Shown one piece after another: positions 39,802 to 48,094 of a stretch of 64,000 nt of DNA. Numbering within the stretch: the first letter of the stretch is position 1; each line of letters begins with the position of its first letter. A program made the position numbers and the translations under genes. The notes under the pieces are model-generated. The model was not told the DNA's origin, did not search any database, and saw only the letters and a program-made list of their open reading frames with translations. This DNA comes from a virus. The stretch is from positions 32,001-96,000 of IMG/VR virus record IMGVR_UViG_3300037041_002705; one strand, given 5' to 3'.

Positions 39802-40629
39802 ATGAGGACCTTAATCCTGGAAAAAGCAACAGAGATAACGTACTACGTTCCATTTTCACGTTCATTCAATGTGTTGATGGATGGCTTTTCCACAAGAGAA
39901 ATAGATGACATAAGAGCCCTTCTTTCTGGATCACAACCAAAGAATTCAGACCTCTATTCAACACAGATAACATTTGATAGAGATGCCTTAGTCTCCATGC
40001 TTAGCACGGGAAAAAAGGATCTTGGATCTGCAGTAGATTCAATTGAGATAAGAACAAACATTGATACTGATCCAGTAACGGATGATGTTGCAGAAATAAT
40101 CTCATCAAAGATAAACAACCAAATATCCCTGAGAAAAAAGGCACAGTCGACAGCTGCTCAAGATAACAACCCAGTTCTTTCTGAGCCATCAGATGCAGCA
40201 AAGCTTTCCGTTTCACAGAGGCTCGTTGACATGATAAAGGGATTTGAAGGGTTTAGACAATATCCTTACACATGTCCTGGAGGAGCGTTGACCATAGGAT
40301 ATGGAACAACAATGAAGCCTGGCCAGTACACATCAATGACAAAGGAACAAGCAGAGGCTCTACTAAGAAGATCCATATCTGGGTTTGAGAAATCTGTAAA
40401 GAGTTTGGTCAAGGTTCCATTAAGCCAAAACCAATATGAGGCCCTTGTTTCGTTCACATATAATGTCGGCGCTGGTGCATTAAAGAGAAGCACACTACTC
40501 AGTAAGCTAAATGCTGGAGACTACCAAGGCGCAGCCGATGAACTACTAAGATTTACAAAATCAAAAGGAAAGGTTCTTCAGGGGCTTGTCAAAAGAAGAG
40601 AAAAAGAGCGCGCGCTCTTTCTAGCATAA
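39802..40629 (+). CDS. GH24 lysozyme with N-terminal extension
   Basis: FEGFRQYPYTCPGGALTIGYG, QNQYEALVSFTYNVG, GLVKRREKE. Confidence 0.9.
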   Translation: MRTLILEKATEITYYVPFSRSFNVLMDGFSTREIDDIRALLSGSQPKNSDLYSTQITFDRDALVSMLSTGKKDLGSAVDSIEIRTNIDTDPVTDDVAEIISSKINNQISLRKKAQSTAAQDNNPVLSEPSDAAKLSVSQRLVDMIKGFEGFRQYPYTCPGGALTIGYGTTMKPGQYTSMTKEQAEALLRRSISGFEKSVKSLVKVPLSQNQYEALVSFTYNVGAGALKRSTLLSKLNAGDYQGAADELLRFTKSKGKVLQGLVKRREKERALFLA

Positions 40630-40645
40630 TTTTTCTAAAACAACT

Positions 40646-40654
40646 GATATATAG
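40646..40654 (+). promoter_or_regulatory. Putative late promoter GATATATAG
   Basis: Intergenic, upstream of protease-capsid operon. Confidence 0.7.
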
Positions 40655-40689
40655 CAAAGGGTTAGAATCCCTAACATAAAATAAAAATC

Positions 40690-42561
40690 ATGGATCAACA
40701 AGTTCTTCTAATACTTGAGAATTCTACTTCCATTCTTGAATCAAAGAGTGAAGGAAACGGAGATGTTGTTCTCGAGGGAATATTTGCCCAGTTCGGTGTT
40801 GTTAACAACAACGACAGGATCTATGAAGAGAATGAGTACCTTCCACATCTTGACTACTTGAATGATAAGATAAAGTCAAAGAGACTGATGGGAGAGCTCG
40901 ACCACCCAGATAAGTTTGATGTGTCTCTTCAGAAGGTTTCGCACATAATCGAAAATCTCGAATACGATAAGTCATCTAGGTGCCTCAAGGGAAAGGTAAG
41001 ACTGCTGAACACAGATGCTGGAATAACAGCAAGAAGGCTTGTTGAAGCCGGTGTTCCTCTCTCAATTTCTTCTAGGGCTGCAGGCGTTGTTGGTCCAGAC
41101 AAGAAGGTAAAGCTCAAGAAGATATTTACATATGACCTTGTTGCTGATCCTGGCTTTGAGAATGCACAACTCTCACTGGTGAATGAATCATTTGGATTCT
41201 CAGCCAAGTCAAACCTTCACATCTATGATGTTTCAGAGATGTATGATCCAAACTCGCTATTCCAAGACATTGAAAACAGAAAAGAACAAAAAAATAACAT
41301 GAATATGGGCTCACATCTAAAAGATGAAACGGTAAAGGTCTCTGAGCTCAACGAGTACTCAAAGCTTGTTAAGAATGAGATCGAACTGCTTGAGAAGAAG
41401 CTCTCTGGACTTATCAAAAAGGTCAATAAGCTTTCTTCAAATGAGGACACAGTTGCAAAGGTTATTGAATACACAAACTATGTAGCTGAAAAGCTCAATG
41501 GCACAATAAACTACTGCAACTATCTTTCAGAGAATGTTGACACAAACATCACAGCTGTCAACAAGCTGAAGAGCAAGGTTTCTGATACGATAGATTATTC
41601 AAACTACATTGCAGAAAGGCTCAACCTTTCTGATAGCTATCAGAACTATCTTGCAGAGAACCTGGACAAGAACATATCATTCTCAAACTATATTTCTGAG
41701 AAGCTCAATGAGAACATCAACTACAGCAACTACCTTGCAGAGAATCTGAACAGGGCAATTGAATTTGGTGATTACCTTGCAGAGAACCTGAATGACTCAA
41801 TCGGTTACTCAGAGTATCTTGGAGAGAACCTTGATCTTTCGATCAAGCACAATGATTACCTTGCAGAAGCAGTCAACAAGACTATCGGTTACACCGAGTA
41901 TGTTGCAGAGCAGACTGACAAGGCGATTCAGTATTCAGACTATGTGGTTGAATCAATCAACGAAAAGGAAAAAGTAATGAAGACAAAGAGGAAAGAAAAG
42001 AAGGCAGCAATGGTTGCTGGTGAAAATCTTTCCGAGAAGGTGAATCATTTGATATCAGAAGCCAAAAAAGAAAAGGTACAGGTATTGAATGAGTCTGCAA
42101 AGTTCCCATTCCTACGTCATCTTTCTCCAGAAAAGAGGAAGCAATTCATCGAACTGCCGGTGACTGAAAAAGAGATAGTCAACGAAGCCATGAGCAAGTC
42201 GATATTCTTCACAGAGAAGGACGTTGTAAACATTTGGGAATCCGCTCTCGCAGCCGCAACGGAGAGGAAGAATCTTCCAAAGTGGATCACAGAGATGCCA
42301 ACGGAGTACGCTCCTGTTTGGGAATCACTGTCACAGGAGAGCCGTCAACGTATAGCGTCTCAGGCCCAATACATAAAGCTTGATACGCCTTATCAGATCA
42401 GGAACTTCTGGGCCACAAGGCCAGATGTAGTCAACTTCAACGGCAACGTCACAGAGACGCTCAATGAGTCGGTCAATCCGTACACAACGATCGAAACTGT
42501 GAAGAACAGCAATTCCTCATACATCGAAAGTGTAAGGAAGAGCTTGATTGGTAAATTGTAA
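40690..42561 (+). CDS. Prohead core protease (gp21-like) fused to scaffold-like coiled-coil region
   Basis: NNNDRIY, GELDHP, VSH, ISSRAAG, YDLVADPGF; then 14-aa YLAE repeats. Confidence 0.9.
   Translation: MDQQVLLILENSTSILESKSEGNGDVVLEGIFAQFGVVNNNDRIYEENEYLPHLDYLNDKIKSKRLMGELDHPDKFDVSLQKVSHIIENLEYDKSSRCLKGKVRLLNTDAGITARRLVEAGVPLSISSRAAGVVGPDKKVKLKKIFTYDLVADPGFENAQLSLVNESFGFSAKSNLHIYDVSEMYDPNSLFQDIENRKEQKNNMNMGSHLKDETVKVSELNEYSKLVKNEIELLEKKLSGLIKKVNKLSSNEDTVAKVIEYTNYVAEKLNGTINYCNYLSENVDTNITAVNKLKSKVSDTIDYSNYIAERLNLSDSYQNYLAENLDKNISFSNYISEKLNENINYSNYLAENLNRAIEFGDYLAENLNDSIGYSEYLGENLDLSIKHNDYLAEAVNKTIGYTEYVAEQTDKAIQYSDYVVESINEKEKVMKTKRKEKKAAMVAGENLSEKVNHLISEAKKEKVQVLNESAKFPFLRHLSPEKRKQFIELPVTEKEIVNEAMSKSIFFTEKDVVNIWESALAAATERKNLPKWITEMPTEYAPVWESLSQESRQRIASQAQYIKLDTPYQIRNFWATRPDVVNFNGNVTETLNESVNPYTTIETVKNSNSSYIESVRKSLIGKL
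41461..41960 (+). repeat. 14-residue protein repeat (I.Y..YLAE.L...), about 11 copies
   Basis: IDYSNYIAERLNLS/DSYQNYLAENLDKN/ISFSNYISEKLNEN/INYSNYLAENLNRA... Confidence 0.85.
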
Positions 42562-42587
42562 AACAAAATTTCAAAAAAACACAAAAA

Positions 42588-44408
42588 ATGAATCTACAGC
42601 TTTTGAATGAAGCACAGATCATCAATGAGTGGACACCAATGCTCGAGTCAGTAGGCGTCAAGGACGGCTACAAGAAGAACTGGATGTCAAAGTACTGCCA
42701 CTATCATCAGATGAACGAAAGCTTCGTAAACGAATCTTTCCAAGGCACAGGCCTTGCACAGCTTATCAATGTTCCTGGTCAAGGACCAGTAAACATGGGT
42801 ACAGCAATGACGACACCTGCAAACTTCTACAACACATCGTACCAAGGATCAGGTGATAAGTTCCCATCGCTTCTTCCGCTTGCAATCCAGGTTGCAGCAA
42901 AGACGGTTGGTTTTGACATCGTTTCTGTTATCCCGATGCCAGGTCCAACAGGCATCCTTCCTTACCTTGACTACATCTATGCAGGCGGTAAGGTTGATCT
43001 TGATGGCACAACAAACTCAAATGCTACACAGCCTTTGATGATCAGCATTGCAGCTACATCGGTCTACGATGATCCAACAGTTGGTGACACATACTATGCT
43101 GCACCTCTTCAGGCTGCTGCAGACACATCAAGCGCAACAGGTTACTCTGTAACTCTTGCTGCTGACGTTGCTGCAAAGCTTATCTATGTTGGTAAGTCAT
43201 TTGTAACAGGTGATCTTATCTTCCGTGTTACATCAACAGGCAACGTTTCTTCAGCTGGTGCTTACACAGCAGGTGCAGACACGAACACAGTAACGATTGC
43301 TCAAGTTTTTGATGTAGGCTCAGGCAACACATTCTCATCTATCCTTGGTGAAGCTAGCACAAACACTGCAAGCGATGAAGCATATGCTTCAGCAAACGGT
43401 ACAACGGCTAGCCCATTCCGCCCAGGTTATGTGAGCGCCCTTGAGAACCACATCTATGGCTTCTCAGGTGCAGGTGCAAATGACACAAACACTTGGAACG
43501 GTCCATTCACAGATGGTACAAAGGCATACGATCCAATGAGCAGGGGCACAGGTGAAGAAACCTACCCACGCGCAATGGGCATCCAGACGTTCACAAAGAA
43601 CGTACAAGCTGGTACATTCCAGGTAACGATCAGCGTAACAACTGAGCAGATCCAGGACATGAACCGCCAGTTCGGTATCGATATCCTTGCGATGGCAGAA
43701 GGCGTACTTGTTAATGAGGTATCTCAGTCAATCAACAAGCACATCCTTTCACGCGCATTCGCTCTTGGATGGCAGAATAACTATGATGTTTATCAGACAC
43801 AAGGCTTCACACTGAACCTTTCGCTTGATCCAACACAGACAGCTTCTGCAACATCGTCATCGTACATCGGCAAGACAAACGGAGCTCTTACATGGAATAA
43901 CAACATTCCAGCGTATGCAGATTACGGAAACTTCGAGAACCTCTCGACAGCACAACAGCGCATCGTCAGCAAGATCCACGCTGCTTCAAACCTCGTCCAC
44001 ACACGTGGTCGTCGTGGCCCAGCGAACTTTGTTGTAACGAACGCTCAAGTTCTGTCAGCTCTTAACATCGTTAAGGGATTCTCGCTTGCTCCATTCGATA
44101 ACACGCTCAACCAGTCAAGCGGTCAGCTGTACCCAGCAGGCACGCTGTTTGGAATGACAGTATATGTTGATCCAAACATGACATGGAATGACACACGCGT
44201 TCTCGTTGGCCGTAAGGGTGCTGACATCGAGCCAGGCATCAAGTTCATGCCTTACCTCATGGCAGAGTCTATCAGCACAATCGCTGAAGGCACAATGTCA
44301 CCTAAGATTGCTGTCAAGAGCCGTTACGCTCTTGTTGAGGCTGGCTTCTATCCAGAAGCTCAGTACTATGCATTCTGGGTTGAAACACCTGCTGCAGGTA
44401 TCGTCTAA
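42588..44408 (+). CDS. Major capsid protein (gp23-like)
   Basis: EWTPMLES, DIVSVIPMPGPTG, EQIQDM..FGID, NEVSQSINK, RRGPANF, FMPY, PKIAVKSRYAL; strong codon bias. Confidence 0.95.
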   Translation: MNLQLLNEAQIINEWTPMLESVGVKDGYKKNWMSKYCHYHQMNESFVNESFQGTGLAQLINVPGQGPVNMGTAMTTPANFYNTSYQGSGDKFPSLLPLAIQVAAKTVGFDIVSVIPMPGPTGILPYLDYIYAGGKVDLDGTTNSNATQPLMISIAATSVYDDPTVGDTYYAAPLQAAADTSSATGYSVTLAADVAAKLIYVGKSFVTGDLIFRVTSTGNVSSAGAYTAGADTNTVTIAQVFDVGSGNTFSSILGEASTNTASDEAYASANGTTASPFRPGYVSALENHIYGFSGAGANDTNTWNGPFTDGTKAYDPMSRGTGEETYPRAMGIQTFTKNVQAGTFQVTISVTTEQIQDMNRQFGIDILAMAEGVLVNEVSQSINKHILSRAFALGWQNNYDVYQTQGFTLNLSLDPTQTASATSSSYIGKTNGALTWNNNIPAYADYGNFENLSTAQQRIVSKIHAASNLVHTRGRRGPANFVVTNAQVLSALNIVKGFSLAPFDNTLNQSSGQLYPAGTLFGMTVYVDPNMTWNDTRVLVGRKGADIEPGIKFMPYLMAESISTIAEGTMSPKIAVKSRYALVEAGFYPEAQYYAFWVETPAAGIV

Positions 44409-44433
44409 TCTAGAACAAAATCTAGGTAGTAAT

Positions 44434-44464
44434 AACCCCTCTGGTTCTCCAGAGGGGTTTTTTT
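44434..44464 (+). terminator. Intrinsic terminator after capsid gene
   Basis: aacccctctgg / ccagaggggtt + T-tract. Confidence 0.9.
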
Positions 44465-44500
44465 ATTATGGGGGGATTGTGGATGACAACAACACAAAAT

Positions 44501-44526
44501 AAAAAAGGGAACCAAATGGCTCCCTT
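44501..44526 (-). terminator. Intrinsic terminator for convergent minus-strand genes
   Basis: Minus strand aagggagccatttggttccctttttt. Confidence 0.8.
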
Positions 44527-44550
44527 CTTGATTACTTATTGATGGTTCTT

Positions 44551-45069
44551 TTATGCCCTGTGCTTCATGTAGTCCCTGAGGGTTGAAAGGTAATCATCTG
44601 CAAGTGTCACCTTGCTCTGAATCCAATCTTCTATGGAATCAAGGCCTTCGACCATCTGTATGAGTTCTTCTGCATTCTCAATGATGTTCTTCAGTTGGTA
44701 CTGGATCATCTTTGATTCTGGCTCATGCGCTTCTGGTGCATCCGATCCTGTTGACCTCATAGGAGAGTGTGAAGTGACATGAACGATCTCTTCTTCTCCT
44801 TCTTCTGGGCCAAACTCCATCTCATCTTCTATTTCAAGCTCATCATCCTTTTCACTTAGGAATTGTTCAAATGTAGCAAGGTTTGACTCCTTGACCTTTG
44901 TTGGAAGGCCCTTGTGCTTTGTTGAAGCATACTTTTCTAGCTCCTTTTCAGACATGGACTTTGCAAGGTCCTTCACCTTTTGGCTGACCTTTGATGCAGG
45001 AACTTCACCCCTCTTGAAAGCAAGCGCTAGTCCCATTATCTTTTGTTGTTGTTGTGATCTTGCTGGCAT
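44551..45069 (-). CDS. DUF3008-like protein with C-terminal helical domain; putative head protein
   Basis: MPARSQQQQKIMGLALAFKRGE..SMSEKELEKYASTKHKGLP; internal LATFEQFLSE; EDWIQSKVTLADDYL. Confidence 0.75.
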   Translation of the reverse strand: MPARSQQQQKIMGLALAFKRGEVPASKVSQKVKDLAKSMSEKELEKYASTKHKGLPTKVKESNLATFEQFLSEKDDELEIEDEMEFGPEEGEEEIVHVTSHSPMRSTGSDAPEAHEPESKMIQYQLKNIIENAEELIQMVEGLDSIEDWIQSKVTLADDYLSTLRDYMKHRA

Positions 45070-45082
45070 ATGAAATGTTTTT

Positions 45083-45394
45083 TTATTCAAAAAATCTATC
45101 TAGGTCACCTTCGGTGTCAATAGAATTGAGTGATCTTCTCAGATTCCTCTTCTCGTAGTCCATCTCCTTTAGGATTTCGTCTCTTTCCTTTAGGAACCTT
45201 TCTACCTTCTGTTCTATCTGCTTCCTCTCCTTGCTTTCGATCTCGTGTTTACCGGCCTTATCAAAGAGTTCAATCACACTTCTCTGGATCTCCTGAAGCT
45301 CAAGCTCAAGCTTATGGACCTTGTTAAGCTCCTTAAGTGCCTTGTACCCCTCATTTGATTCATTTATGCTCTTGATCTCTAAAAAGGTTTTCAC
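45083..45394 (-). CDS. Small coiled-coil protein, putative internal head protein
   Basis: MKTFLEIKSINES N-terminus; late motif upstream. Confidence 0.6.
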   Translation of the reverse strand: MKTFLEIKSINESNEGYKALKELNKVHKLELELQEIQRSVIELFDKAGKHEIESKERKQIEQKVERFLKERDEILKEMDYEKRNLRRSLNSIDTEGDLDRFFE

Positions 45395-45408
45395 AAAATA
45401 GAGTTTTT

Positions 45409-45417
45409 CTATATATT
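45409..45417 (-). promoter_or_regulatory. Putative late promoter AATATATAG (minus strand)
   Basis: In the 29-nt divergent intergenic gap. Confidence 0.55.
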
Positions 45418-45423
45418 AGGCAT

Positions 45424-45855
45424 ATGAAAAAAACCTTTCGAGCCCCGGCAAGCCCATTCATGTACCGCCAGGAGGTCTACCAGGATGATCCCTGGAAGAT
45501 GCTATTGATATGCATGATGCTCAACCAGACCTGCTACAAACAGGTTGATAAGGTAAGGGATGCATTCTTTGATAGGTTTCCTACGCCGGAGGACCTGCTC
45601 GCTGCAACCGATGATGAGATCATACAAATAATACGCCCTCTTGGGTTCTACAACAGAAGAGCCAAACAATGGAAGAAGTTTTCAAAGGAGTGGCTGTCTT
45701 GGGATGGGTCCAATGTCACAGATCTTTCTGGCGTTGGAAAGTATGCGTCAGACTCCTGGAAGATATTTCAAGAAGGGGTGTACTCCATAACTGTTGAGGA
45801 TAAGGAGCTGAAGAAATACCTTCAGTGGATAAATGAAAGTGGATACAACAAATAA
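45424..45855 (+). CDS. Stand-alone MBD4-like HhH DNA glycosylase
   Basis: SPF..QE...DPWK....LNQT, PLGFYNRRA, GVGKYASDSWKIF, EDKELKKY, colinear with the MBD4 catalytic domain as recalled. Confidence 0.85.
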   Translation: MKKTFRAPASPFMYRQEVYQDDPWKMLLICMMLNQTCYKQVDKVRDAFFDRFPTPEDLLAATDDEIIQIIRPLGFYNRRAKQWKKFSKEWLSWDGSNVTDLSGVGKYASDSWKIFQEGVYSITVEDKELKKYLQWINESGYNK

Positions 45856-45885
45856 CAATGCTAAAACAATGGAGATAGAACAGGC

Positions 45886-46152
45886 ATGAGCATACTATCA
45901 GAAGCAGATGGAATAGTAAACAACAGGTCTGAAGAAGCAGATCGCCAGTACGGCCCATTCAGCGAAGGCATGGAAAGGGCTGCCATGATATTCAATGGAA
46001 TGACTGGTCTTGATCTTGGAGCAGAACACATGTTCAAGGCACTTGTTGCCCTAAAGCTTTCAAGAGAAAGCTACAGGCACAAGAGGGACAACCTTCTTGA
46101 CGCTGTTGCATACATACAGGGCCTTGAGAACTACATAAATGAGAGGTCGTAA
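45886..46152 (+). CDS. DUF6378-like small all-alpha protein
   Basis: ILSEADGIV..R..QYG.F; LKLSRE..HKRDNLLDAVAY. Confidence 0.7.
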   Translation: MSILSEADGIVNNRSEEADRQYGPFSEGMERAAMIFNGMTGLDLGAEHMFKALVALKLSRESYRHKRDNLLDAVAYIQGLENYINERS

Positions 46153-47231
46153 TGGCGTTGGCGATATATGACATCCTAAGCAACCTACGAGGAAAAAGGA
46201 TTGCAATTGATGATGTCGTAACAACATATAGCCCAAAGAAGGAATCTCATAAGTCTTCTTGGCCATATCTTCTCAGTTCACAACTAAGAAGCGTCGGACT
46301 GATGTCGGATGTTCTGGCAAAGAATGATGACATCAACAGGTATGATGTTTGGTTGATATCGCTTCCAATGGAGTTCCAAGGAACTTTCAACCTCTTTGGC
46401 GGCGCAAATGAAGAGACTGCTTTGAGGATAAAGAGGCTATCCCAGTTCAAGGGTCAGATCTACATACTCAATCAGGACATGCCAGACATCGGAGCCTTTG
46501 TAAATTCAAGGATGAATGCTGCATGCGATGAATGGAAGCAGCTCGATCCAAGCCTCTATACAGATATATCAAACAGAATAGAGAGGGTCGATCTCACACT
46601 CGACAGCGATACATTCATATATGGCGACAGCCATTCTGTATCGGTCTATGAGCCAGGTGCAAACATAAGCAGGAACGACGGTCAGACGCTCCATGGATTC
46701 CTTAAGAAGAAGGATTCCTTTTTGTATCCTCCTGGAACAAAGAGGGTTGTTCTTTATATGGGAAACATTGATGTGCGGCACCATATCTTTCGTCAGGAAG
46801 ATCCCATGGGCTCTCTTCGTGATCTTACAAAGAGGTATGTTGAGTTTGCAAAGGAGCTGAAGGATGTCCATGGCATGGAGTATGTTGGCCTCGTTGACCT
46901 GCTTCCTGTTGAGCACGAGGGAAGAAAGATACCAAAGACCGGTTGGTACAAGGGAACTCCATTCTTTGGAACAAGGCAACAGAGGGCAGATGCGGTCAAG
47001 GAATTCAATAAGCTCCTCAACGAGCTTTCTTATGACTATGACTACGATGTCATCTCTTGGCCAAAGGACTGGTATGTATTGGACCCGGACAAGTATGCCG
47101 CACAATACATGGAAAGGCCAGGATCCGTTCATCTTTCAAGATCTGCATACCAGTATGACTTTGAGACCGGTATAAAGAACAAAAAGATGAGGACATCCGT
47201 CCTATTTTTTGATATAACTGGGAGCGTTTAA
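46152..47231 (+). CDS. Putative DNA-modifying enzyme: BGT-like N-domain + SGNH-type C-domain
   Basis: KRIAI..RYDVWLI..FNLFGG..FKGQIYILNQD; GDSHS, MGNIDVRHH, SVHLS. Confidence 0.55.
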   Translation: MALAIYDILSNLRGKRIAIDDVVTTYSPKKESHKSSWPYLLSSQLRSVGLMSDVLAKNDDINRYDVWLISLPMEFQGTFNLFGGANEETALRIKRLSQFKGQIYILNQDMPDIGAFVNSRMNAACDEWKQLDPSLYTDISNRIERVDLTLDSDTFIYGDSHSVSVYEPGANISRNDGQTLHGFLKKKDSFLYPPGTKRVVLYMGNIDVRHHIFRQEDPMGSLRDLTKRYVEFAKELKDVHGMEYVGLVDLLPVEHEGRKIPKTGWYKGTPFFGTRQQRADAVKEFNKLLNELSYDYDYDVISWPKDWYVLDPDKYAAQYMERPGSVHLSRSAYQYDFETGIKNKKMRTSVLFFDITGSV

Positions 47232-47248
47232 CAGTGTATAAAGAATCT

Positions 47249-48094
47249 ATGACGAAGACCATAAACAGTGAAGTCCTTTCCCTTCTATCAAAGATGGAAA
47301 GGGAAGATTCGCCAAGAGGGCTCAAGGTTGTTGAAGAATATCTGACGACCCTTGAGTTCAATCCTCTCTATCCAATGATGAACTTTGAAAACAAGGCATT
47401 CAATTGGAAGTACTTTGTAGGAGAGCTATGGTGGTACCTTACACAAGAGACCACGATTGACAAGATCAATAACTTCTCTAGCTTCTGGAAGACCCTTACC
47501 GTTGATGAGAGGATCAACTCAAACTATGGGTATGTGATGTTGTCAAGGCAACACAATCAATTCAAGTGGGCGCTTGATGCCCTTGTAAGAGATAAGTCAA
47601 CGAGACAGGCCATAATGGTGTTCAACACGCCGGCATACCAAAAGGAAGGTGTCAAGGACTTTGTATGTACAATGTATGTCAATTTCTGGATAAGAGACAA
47701 CAAGTTGAACATGAAGGTCCAGATGAGATCCAATGACATATTCTATGGCCTTCAGTACGATGCACCGTTCTTCTCGGTCGTGTATCAATCGATGTACCTT
47801 GAGCTGATCAAGAAGTATGAGGATCTAGAGATAGGAACCTATTACCACTGCTCAGATAACTCACACTACTACGAAAGACACTTTCCTCTTGTTGAGAAGC
47901 TTAAGCAAGAACAGCCAAACCCAGAAAGAGAGATTGAAATGAGGATCACACGACCTGTGTTTGATTCCTCTGAATCAGGAATTAGTAAGAATGCCATGGA
48001 GTTTGTTGATTACATGGAACAGATCCATGACTTCTCGATCTTTAACACATATGATTACATAGAAATATTTCACAAATTTTTTGTAGAGGAATAA
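47249..48094 (+). CDS. Thymidylate-synthase-family enzyme, dCMP hydroxymethylase (T4 gp42)-like
   Basis: INSNYG, RQA, DFVCT, MRSNDIFYGLQYD (Asp at the specificity site), HYYERH. Confidence 0.8.
   Translation: MTKTINSEVLSLLSKMEREDSPRGLKVVEEYLTTLEFNPLYPMMNFENKAFNWKYFVGELWWYLTQETTIDKINNFSSFWKTLTVDERINSNYGYVMLSRQHNQFKWALDALVRDKSTRQAIMVFNTPAYQKEGVKDFVCTMYVNFWIRDNKLNMKVQMRSNDIFYGLQYDAPFFSVVYQSMYLELIKKYEDLEIGTYYHCSDNSHYYERHFPLVEKLKQEQPNPEREIEMRITRPVFDSSESGISKNAMEFVDYMEQIHDFSIFNTYDYIEIFHKFFVEE

Noticed and set aside
45820-45855. QWINES at the end of the glycosylase as a capsid-targeting motif
   Set aside because: Aligns with the native MBD4 terminal helix and lacks the K-x-F start; probably coincidental
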